A stretch of 19,757 nt of DNA from a virus. Taxonomy: Duplodnaviria; Heunggongvirae; Uroviricota; Caudoviricetes. A model generated the notes under the pieces. The model was not told the DNA's origin, did no database searches, and saw nothing but the letters and a program-made list of their open reading frames with translations. Made by a program: the position numbers and the translations under genes. This document shows, piece by piece, positions 8,542-14,310 of the stretch. Each line of letters begins with the position of its first letter. The stretch's first letter is position 1. The stretch lies in the IMG/VR virus record IMGVR_UViG_2734482784_000002, positions 1 through 19,757 of that record; one strand, written 5' to 3'.

Positions 8542-9035
8542 TGCTGACCCCACAAACAGATTTCACGCTCAATCTCACGACGAGTCATGAGACCTTTCCA
8601 TTGCTTACCGCCAGCATATGTCCAGCGACGTAGCTGATCACATGCGCCTTTGATATCGCCCTGGTTTATTTTGCGAAGAAGCGTCGATGTTCTGAAATTG
8701 CCAGCACCCACGTTGTAAACGAATGAGTAAAGAGCGCCGCGCGTTGTTTCCGGTATATCGACTTTGATGTACGGGTTAATTTGTCTGGCGACAGTGGCAA
8801 GGTCTTTATTCAAGAGTGCATTGCATTCTGCTTTGGTATACGTTTTACCGAGCATGATGTCTTTTCCTGTATGCCCGTGACATACAGTCCATACACCAAC
8901 AATATCTTTGTATGGTATGTAGCTGACACCTTCCAGACCATCGTTACCACTTGGGCCAGTGATTAACACCGATGCTATAGCAATTGCTCCGCCACCAATA
9001 GCAGCAGCAACGGCTTTTCGTAATGATGGAGGCAT
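8538..9035 (-). CDS. SAR endolysin (phage 21 R-type lysozyme)
   Basis: 165-aa protein with an N-terminal signal-anchor-release segment ([18 protein letters not shown]) and a lysozyme catalytic region; matches the recalled P21 endolysin. Its start overlaps the holin stop (TAATG). Confidence 0.85.
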
Positions 9036-9250
9036 TATTCACCTCTCGCAGCCTTGCGCTTATCTTCTTTAATCTTGAAATAAAGGTTTGTCAGGTACGT
9101 CAGCAGGCCAAAAACCAGACTACCCAGCACACCGATTGCAGCCCACTGTGACGGAGTTACTCTATCGAGCAACTGTAAAAACCAGTAGCCAGCACTGCCT
9201 GCGGAGGTGCCATAGGCGACACCCGTTGTTAACTTATCCATGGATTTCAT
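9035..9250 (-). CDS. Pinholin, S21-type, with dual-start motif
   Basis: 71 aa [71 protein letters not shown] with two TM segments and Met1/Met4 (antiholin/holin) starts. The track ORF 9035..9394 is an upstream over-extension. Confidence 0.85.
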   Translation of the reverse strand: MKSMDKLTTGVAYGTSAGSAGYWFLQLLDRVTPSQWAAIGVLGSLVFGLLTYLTNLYFKIKEDKRKAARGE

Positions 9251-9520
9251 AACCCCCACCTCGCAGATGCGGGCCTGTGTAATGGAAACAAAAAATGGCC
9301 ACCAGCGGCCCGTAAAAAACACCCCGTCAAAAGCACCGGCATCCGCAGATGCCCTTTGCGTGGCGTTATTTGATGCGCGCCAGATGTGGCGCAAAGAAAT
9401 GAAATAAGACTTATCGAAAATTAAGGTTAATTTGATGATTTAAACCACTTCTGAAGCTTAGTAGTATGAACATGTCCCCAGAAGGGGGCCAATACTTATG
9501 AGTCTTCATGGACTTTGTCC

Positions 9521-9553
9521 CGCGGCGTTAATCCGACGGCCGCGCTTTTTTTT
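9521..9553 (+). terminator. Plus-orientation intrinsic terminator
   Basis: cgcggc (9521..9526) pairs with gccgcg (9539..9544), followed by c and eight T (9546..9553). Confidence 0.4.
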
Positions 9554-9588
9554 GCGCCATATTCATCGCTAACTTACATGGCATTGCC

Positions 9589-9623
9589 ACACGGGCATTA
9601 TCAGTGTCCGTGTTTCTTTTTTT
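9589..9623 (+). terminator. Plus-orientation intrinsic terminator
   Basis: Stem acacgg (9589..9594) pairs with ccgtgt (9608..9613), extendable with wobble pairs, followed by ttcttttttt (9614..9623). Confidence 0.45.
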
Positions 9624-9635
9624 AGGGTTCAGAAT

Positions 9636-9660
9636 AAAAAAAACCGCCCGGTGGAGGCGG
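9636..9660 (-). terminator. Minus-orientation intrinsic terminator between tRNA cluster and lysis genes (tR'-like)
   Basis: Minus-strand RNA CCGCC-UCCACCG-GGCGG followed by eight U (plus-strand a-run 9636..9643, stem 9644..9660). Confidence 0.55.
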
Positions 9661-9936
9661 TAAAGGATGTATTTCCAGGTTTTGCTTAGTATATGATTAA
9701 TCTCAATGTCATTTTTAGCGATGTTTACAACATCGGGATGGCACATCACCGGCCCTGCAAGGAAATACAAAATCTCCACCGATAATGCACCATTCTGCTG
9801 CCGTAAAAAAATCAGCACTGAGGCTACACCTGGCCTCAAATCATAGCCAGAGAACAGAATGCTTTTTCGAAACAACCTGCTCCCACGTAATAAAAATACG
9901 CCAGTGCTGCAATACAATAAGGCTTATTTCAAATGC

Positions 9937-10011
<75 letters not shown>

Positions 10012-10014
10012 ATA

Positions 10015-10090
<76 letters not shown>

Positions 10091-10095
10091 ACAGA

Positions 10096-10169
10096 ACCGC
10101 CACCGAGGTATCGAACCTCACACCTACCACTTAAATGATGGTCGGCTCTTCCCGATGAGCAGATGGCGG
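10096..10169 (-). ncRNA. tRNA-like element with non-canonical anticodon arm (possible pseudo-tRNA or atypical tRNA)
   Basis: Reverse complement CCGCCATCTGCTCATCGGGAAGAGCCGACCATCATTTAAGTGGTAGGTGTGAGGTTCGATACCTCGGTGGCGGT has acceptor, D-arm and T-arm (TTCGATA loop) pairings. The best anticodon arm (ACCAT/GTGGT, loop CATTTAA) puts A at position 33, needs an extra nucleotide, and no CCA is encoded. Confidence 0.35.
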
Positions 10170-10237
10170 TGTTCCCTTAATGGGATAGCTGTATTCAGTA
10201 ATCCGTTATTCGAATACACCATCGAAGGAACAAGCGC

Positions 10238-10262
10238 ATTATATACATTCACGATTCGTGTT
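10238..10262 (-). promoter_or_regulatory. Candidate minus-strand promoter (-10 TATAAT) with an abutting palindromic operator-like site
   Basis: Plus-strand attata at 10238..10243 is TATAAT on the minus strand. Palindrome TTCACGA-T-TCGTGTT at 10248..10262 lies 4 nt upstream of it. Positioned between the Q stop and the tRNA cluster, pointing at the tRNAs and lysis genes. Confidence 0.4.
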
Positions 10263-10302
10263 ATTAGCTAATTGCGCACAACACAGCTTCATTTAACGAA
10301 AT

Positions 10303-10340
10303 GCCCCCCAGAAACAACAAAACCCGCTCAATGGCGGGTT
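10303..10340 (-). terminator. Minus-orientation terminator ~85 nt downstream of the Q-like gene
   Basis: Minus-strand RNA ACCCGC-CAUUGA-GCGGGU (10322..10339) followed by UUUUGUUGUUU. Confidence 0.45.
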
Positions 10341-10423
10341 CTGGTAAAGTTCATGCGCTTGGTTCGCCTCGCGATACAGCTTTGCGAAGCATACCGGAAT
10401 TGAAGCAATTTATGCGTAAAAAA

Positions 10424-10966
10424 TCAAGCTATTTTTTGAGCAAATGATTCTCGCATGGGAATATACAGGGCATATTCAGCAACGGCTAACCAATTAGCAA
10501 TTCGCTTTTCGCATGTGCTAAAACACCACTCTGGGTGTGCATCATTTAGCAATTCAGCCATTTTGCGTTTGGTCATCCCCCGCCCCTCATACCGTTGCCG
10601 AAGGACGCTAATCAATCCTGGATGCTCTGCCAGCACCTCACTTATGACCCGATCAATACATAACGCCTCTGCATCAGTACAATGCGCCAGCCAGCTCTTT
10701 TGCTTACCGTTAATCATATCCCGCAAAAAAGCCTCAAGTTCAGACTTGTTCAGGCCTGCTTTTTTCATCCTCCGGAGCGCCTCGTTAATTGCCGTTTTTG
10801 TCAGCTTTTTAGAGCCCAACAACTGGTTGAACATATTCCCCGTCTTACCGCCGCCAATATACGACCAGCGCCCCCACATGCGCAGTTTTCCCTGAATCCA
10901 GACACTTTCCAGCGTGGTGAGACGAAGGTGTTCCCCGCTTTTACCTGTATTTGTTGGGTAAATCAT
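10424..10966 (-). CDS. Late-gene antiterminator Q-like protein
   Basis: 180-aa ORF in the canonical Q position between the nin-region gene and the tRNA/lysis block. Contains a Cys cluster (CTDAEALC...CFSTC) and its start overlaps the upstream stop by 4 nt. Call is by position and general resemblance, not exact recall. Confidence 0.55.
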   Translation of the reverse strand: MIYPTNTGKSGEHLRLTTLESVWIQGKLRMWGRWSYIGGGKTGNMFNQLLGSKKLTKTAINEALRRMKKAGLNKSELEAFLRDMINGKQKSWLAHCTDAEALCIDRVISEVLAEHPGLISVLRQRYEGRGMTKRKMAELLNDAHPEWCFSTCEKRIANWLAVAEYALYIPMRESFAQKIA

Positions 10967-11250
10967 AAATGACCTTTCTTTCTCCAGATTTCTTGTGTGC
11001 GAAAACCCCCTTCAGCATGCATCAGGCGCAATTCTTCTTTGGTGTAATCGCTGGTTTTTACCCGCCCGTCGATTAGATCGTGGCATGAGCTACAGGCTAT
11101 CGCCGCCTGCATATCGTGTGGTTTTGTCGCTGTTCCGCACGTCCCCGCCAGCCTGTAATGCGCCAGCACAGAGGTTTCGGGATTGTGATTGCAGTAGCCA
11201 GGGATTCTGATCTGGCACATCTGGCCTTTAGCCGCTTTACGTAAGTCCAC
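10963..11250 (-). CDS. YbcO-like nin-region protein (DUF1364, putative metal-binding nuclease)
   Basis: DLRKAAKGQMCQIRIPGYCNHNPETSVLAHYRLAGTCGTATKPHDMQAAIACSSCHD... resembles DLP12 YbcO as recalled. The track start at 11283 is TTG; GTG at 11250 gives an N-terminus (M)DLRKAAKG closer to the family. Either start overlaps the Cro-like ORF. Confidence 0.6.
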   Translation of the reverse strand: MDLRKAAKGQMCQIRIPGYCNHNPETSVLAHYRLAGTCGTATKPHDMQAAIACSSCHDLIDGRVKTSDYTKEELRLMHAEGGFRTQEIWRKKGHL

Positions 11251-11422
11251 AATGAGCGCCAAGCCGATTAAGGGTGGAAACAATTTTTCTGCACTCCTCT
11301 AGCCCAGGGGTACGAAAGTTTGCTTCGTAATTTGCTAGTCGGCTTTGTATCCACCCTAACTGAACAGCGAGTTGTCTTTGAGACAGGCCAAGCTGTTTTC
11401 GATATGTTGAAATTTTGTTCAT
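11237..11422 (-). CDS. Cro-like small HTH (XRE-family) regulator
   Basis: 61 aa with a helix-turn-helix (LGLSQRQLAVQLGWIQSRLANYE). ATG at 11422 with GGAGG 7 nt upstream. Divergent from the repressor-like gene across a 96-bp palindrome-rich spacer; occupies the ydaS position of Rac. Confidence 0.6.
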   Translation of the reverse strand: MNKISTYRKQLGLSQRQLAVQLGWIQSRLANYEANFRTPGLEECRKIVSTLNRLGAHCGLT

Positions 11423-11446
11423 TGAAAACCTCCGACGACAATTTTA

Positions 11447-11461
11447 AACACATCCTGTGTT
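11447..11461. promoter_or_regulatory. Operator-like palindrome AACACA-TCC-TGTGTT
   Basis: Perfect 6-3-6 inverted repeat in the divergent intergenic region. It lies between a TTGACC -35-like hexamer (minus strand, complement of 11466..11471) and a TTTAAA -10-like element reading toward the Cro-like gene. Confidence 0.45.
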
Positions 11462-11492
11462 ATGCGGTCAAGCTGTTTTGTGTTTTATGTGA

Positions 11493-11507
11493 ATCACGAT
11501 TCGTGAT
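11493..11507. promoter_or_regulatory. Operator-like palindrome ATCACGA-T-TCGTGAT
   Basis: Perfect 7-1-7 inverted repeat 12 nt upstream of the repressor-like gene ATG. Same core as the sites at 10248 and 12023. Confidence 0.5.
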
Positions 11508-11518
11508 ACAAGGATGCA

Positions 11519-11941
11519 ATGGAAAAAGAAAACGAAAAAATTGCCGCTAGTAGGCTCAATGACAAAATTGCAATGCGTCTTAAAGAGCGCAGGCAGAAGC
11601 TTGGTTTATCGCAAGGAAAACTTGCTGAAATCTGCGGATGGACGCAATCGCGTATAGGTAACTATGAGGCGGGCAGCAGAAATGTTGGAGTGCATGATGC
11701 TGTCGTACTGGGAAAGGCACTGGGCATATCTCCTCCTGAACTCCTGTTTGGAGAAAAAGACTCTTCTGAATTGTGGTTAAATGAATCCCAACGAAAACTT
11801 CTAGAGTTGTTTAACCAGCTACCGGGCTCAGAACAACAACGAATGATTGAGCTATTTGAAGTTCGGCTAAAAGAAATCGACGAGTATGTAGAAAAATATT
11901 TGAGAGGCAGGCTTAAAGATCCCCCCCCACCGGAGCAATGA
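11519..11941 (+). CDS. Immunity repressor-like HTH protein (RacR position), no peptidase domain evident
   Basis: 140 aa with an N-terminal XRE-type HTH (LGLSQGKLAEICGWTQSRIGNYE) and a ~65-aa C-terminal tail with no Ser/Lys autocleavage motif that I can see. AAGGA Shine-Dalgarno; strong terminator follows. Confidence 0.65.
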   Translation: MEKENEKIAASRLNDKIAMRLKERRQKLGLSQGKLAEICGWTQSRIGNYEAGSRNVGVHDAVVLGKALGISPPELLFGEKDSSELWLNESQRKLLELFNQLPGSEQQRMIELFEVRLKEIDEYVEKYLRGRLKDPPPPEQ

Positions 11942-11968
11942 TCTTGCTATCACAGTAATATGCCTATC

Positions 11969-11992
11969 AGCCCGCTATCAGCGGGCTTTTTT
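11969..11992 (+). terminator. Intrinsic terminator after the repressor-like gene
   Basis: Perfect 8-bp stem agcccgct/agcgggct with a 3-nt loop (11969..11987), followed by six T. Confidence 0.7.
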
Positions 11993-12022
11993 GTATCATC
12001 ATCATATGACACCTCACCACAA

Positions 12023-12065
12023 AACACAATTCGTGTTGACACGGAAAATCATTTTGTGTTTAATA
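12023..12065 (+). promoter_or_regulatory. Candidate promoter (-35 TTGACA, 17-bp spacer, -10 TTTAAT) with overlapping operator-like site
   Basis: Near-palindrome AACACAA-T-TCGTGTT at 12023..12037 overlaps TTGACA (12036..12041); TTTAAT at 12059..12064. Lies ~180 nt upstream of the ydaG-like gene. Confidence 0.45.
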
Positions 12066-12240
12066 AACATATCCAAACAACGCCCCACCAGAGAACGGCA
12101 GGACAATACCTCGAGTTATCCAGCCACTGAACAGGGCTAAGTAGCCAGCCTGAGGCATACGAACATGACGGCAGTTGTTGATTGATACAAAGCGCAGTAG
12201 ATAAAACGTTCCGCCACCCAGCGTTAAGGGGAGAGATAAG

Positions 12241-12375
12241 ATGGTGCATTATGAAGTAGTTCAGTATTTGATGGATTGTTGCGGTATCACTTACAGCCAG
12301 GCTGTGCAGGCTTTACGCAACAACGACTGGGATCTCTGGCAGGCAGAAGTCGCTATACGTAGCAACAAGATGTGA
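12241..12375 (+). CDS. ydaG: YdaG-like small protein (44 aa)
   Basis: MVHYEVVQYLMDCCGITYSQAVQALRNNDWDLWQAEVAIRSNKM with a GGGGAGAG Shine-Dalgarno upstream. Recognised from memory as the small Rac protein next to racR. Below the ORF-track cutoff. Confidence 0.55.
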   Translation: MVHYEVVQYLMDCCGITYSQAVQALRNNDWDLWQAEVAIRSNKM

Positions 12376-12385
12376 GATTCGCAAA

Positions 12386-12541
12386 ATGCAAAAAATCGAC
12401 CTCGGCAACAACGAATCCCTGGTGTGCGGCGTGTTCCCCAACCAGGATGGAACGTTCACTGCCATGACGTATACCAAAAGCAAAACATTTAAAACCGAAA
12501 CTGGTGCGCGCCGATGGTTGGAGAAGCACACAGTAAGCTAA
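12386..12541 (+). CDS. ydaF: YdaF-like small protein (51 aa)
   Basis: MQKIDLGNNESLVCGVFPNQDGTFTAMTYTKSKTFKTETGARRWLEKHTVS, 10 nt after the ydaG-like stop. Its stop overlaps the convergent sieB stop. Below the ORF-track cutoff. Confidence 0.55.
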   Translation: MQKIDLGNNESLVCGVFPNQDGTFTAMTYTKSKTFKTETGARRWLEKHTVS

Positions 12542-13026
12542 CGATTAAAACGTCTACTCCTGCTGTTCCAGAATAACTTCATAAAATGGGAGTATTTTTC
12601 GGTGACGAGATAATAAGAACAGTTTGCGCTATCACTCTGATGTTGAATGATGCCCTTCCGTTCTAATTTTTTCATAACCGGGTTACGGCAAGGAGAAGTG
12701 ATAATAAGATTTCCTGTTTTAAGGAAATCTTTAAATACAGCGATTTCTTTCTCAGATAAACGAAGCAATACTCGTTGCTCTGGTAGTAATGAATAATGCT
12801 TTTGAATATGTGCTCGCAATCTTGAGAAGGAAATGGCGACCACGAAAGAAAAGGCAAAAACGATAATCTGAAAGAGCCAAGGTATTTCAGTATAAGCATT
12901 GAATGCGACAGTAAACTCTTTCGGTATCAGCCAGAGAGTGAGACCAAAAATGATAATCGTATACATAAGTCTTTCGAGTGGCTCGTTAGCAAAAAGTTTC
13001 AACAATGGAGTAAATACATCCAACAT
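12538..13026 (-). CDS. sieB: Superinfection exclusion protein B
   Basis: 162 aa from the ATG at 13026: MLDVFTPLLKLFANEPLERLMYTIIIFGLTLWLIPKEF..., a membrane protein recognised as Rac SieB. The track ORF is extended 41 codons upstream. Confidence 0.8.
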   Translation of the reverse strand: MLDVFTPLLKLFANEPLERLMYTIIIFGLTLWLIPKEFTVAFNAYTEIPWLFQIIVFAFSFVVAISFSRLRAHIQKHYSLLPEQRVLLRLSEKEIAVFKDFLKTGNLIITSPCRNPVMKKLERKGIIQHQSDSANCSYYLVTEKYSHFMKLFWNSRSRRFNR

Positions 13027-13467
13027 ATCAATAACTCTCAACTGTAAGGGTATTGAAATGTTAACACAAGCTCTCGCTGTAGGGGTATAGCCGAGACCAC
13101 CGAAGCCCGGAGGTGGTGAAATAAAACCGGGCACAACACGAAGGCGCATTTCCGATATCCATAAAGAGTCGGTCTTGTCTGTTAAATTTAAATGGTGGGA
13201 GTGCGCCTCCGGTTGTAAATAACGACATTGCTGTGTGTAGTCCTGGCGGCATCAGTTTTTTTCTTGAAGTTCGGCTGATGTCCGCCCTTTTTAAAGTGAA
13301 TTTTGTGATGCGGTGAATGCGGCTAAGCGCACGTGGCACAGTTAAAAGTCATGTTAGTCCTTATTGGTTTGGGTGGGAAAGCCGACTGTAATTGTTAACT
13401 GGTTGCAGTCACCTGGAAGCACCAGGCACCGCATCAACAAAGTTCATTTGTAAAAATGGAGATAATT

Positions 13468-13689
13468 ATGATTGCACATCACTGCGGAACTGATGAAATA
13501 CCACGTCAGTGTGTGACTCCTGGTGATTATGTTCTTCATAACGGCCGGACATATATTGCCTCGGCAAACAATATTAAAAAGCGAAAACTTTATATTCGTA
13601 ACCTGACTACAAAAACATGCATTTCTGACTGCATGATTAAAGTCTTCCTCGGTCGTGATGGTTTACCTGTAAAGGCGGAGTCATGGTGA
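13468..13689 (+). CDS. kilR: KilR, FtsZ-targeting cell-division inhibitor
   Basis: 73 aa [72 protein letters not shown] recognised as Rac KilR. GGAG 6 nt upstream of the ATG at 13468. Confidence 0.85.
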   Translation: MIAHHCGTDEIPRQCVTPGDYVLHNGRTYIASANNIKKRKLYIRNLTTKTCISDCMIKVFLGRDGLPVKAESW

Positions 13690-13859
13690 TGACTAAGAAA
13701 ATAAAATGTGCTTACCACCTTTGCGATAAAGAAGTTGAAGAAAGCAAAAGCATTACAAGACCACTTCATTTCATGCGTGGAGTTATCCCAACAACGGAAA
13801 TGAAAAAATATTGTAGTGAAATCTGTGCCGAAAAAGACCAGATGGCACACGAACTTTAA
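13689..13859 (+). CDS. ydaE: YdaE-like small Cys4 zinc-ribbon protein (56 aa)
   Basis: [56 protein letters not shown] with Cys at 7, 12, 43 and 47. The ATG overlaps the kilR stop; an in-frame ATG two codons upstream (13683) is an alternative start. Confidence 0.55.
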   Translation: MTKKIKCAYHLCDKEVEESKSITRPLHFMRGVIPTTEMKKYCSEICAEKDQMAHEL

Positions 13860-13933
13860 TTAACTGAGTATTCGAAACTGAATTTATGCCAGCAATGGCA
13901 GGGATTCGCTCAACCTTAATTAAGGAGAAAAAC

Positions 13934-14209
13934 ATGATTACCAATTATGAAGCCACTGTTGTAACTACCGATGACATTGTTCACGAGGTTAATCTGGAAG
14001 GAAAGCGTATTGGCTACGTGATTAAAACAGAAAATAAAGAAACCCCATTCACTGTGGTTGATATCGACGGTCCATCAGGCAACGTTAAAACACTTCACGA
14101 AGGTGTCAAAAAAATGTGCCTGGTGCATACCGGAAAGAATCTGCCCGCAGAAAAAAAAGCCGAATTTCTGGCAGCTCTGATTGCAATGAAATTAAAAGGT
14201 GAAATCTGA
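13934..14209 (+). CDS. racC: RacC
   Basis: 91 aa MITNYEATVVTTDDIVHEVNLEGKRIGYVIKTENKETPFTVVDIDGPSGNVKTL... with AAGGAG upstream; recognised as Rac RacC. Confidence 0.8.
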   Translation: MITNYEATVVTTDDIVHEVNLEGKRIGYVIKTENKETPFTVVDIDGPSGNVKTLHEGVKKMCLVHTGKNLPAEKKAEFLAALIAMKLKGEI

Positions 14210-14310
14210 AAGAGATAGCCTGCGTATGGCGCAGGCTATGAGCAGTGTGTATCCGGCAAGATCATTCACTGAACAAAACGAATTTTAATCTGAGTTGAGG
14301 TTAAAAAACA

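Noticed and set aside
9035-9394. 119-aa version of the holin ORF starting at 9394
   Set aside because: The upstream 48 codons have no ribosome-binding context and no similarity; the S21-type holin begins at the MKSM motif (9250).
9528-9917. 129-aa minus-strand ORF between the tRNA cluster and the holin
   Set aside because: It spans three terminator hairpins and A/T runs and has an implausible composition (FFILNPKKRNTDTDN...); the region is more likely non-coding, though a small RNA is not excluded.
10303-10424. Precise late promoter (pR'-like) hexamers just downstream of Q
   Set aside because: Several weak -35/-10 candidates exist but none is convincing by eye; only the TATAAT at 10238..10243 is reported, and its identity as the late promoter is left open.
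10455-10972. Plus-strand ORFs (146 and 96 aa) antisense to the Q-like gene
   Set aside because: Shadow frames of a supported minus-strand gene; low-complexity Ser/Pro/Arg-rich translation.
12538-13149. 203-aa extended sieB ORF and the 92-aa ORF 13061..13339
   Set aside because: The sieB family starts at MLDVF (13026) as I recall it; the upstream extension and the 92-aa ORF have no start context and cover the divergent promoter region. The 92-aa ORF's basic N-terminus briefly suggested an N-like antiterminator, but its orientation and position do not fit.
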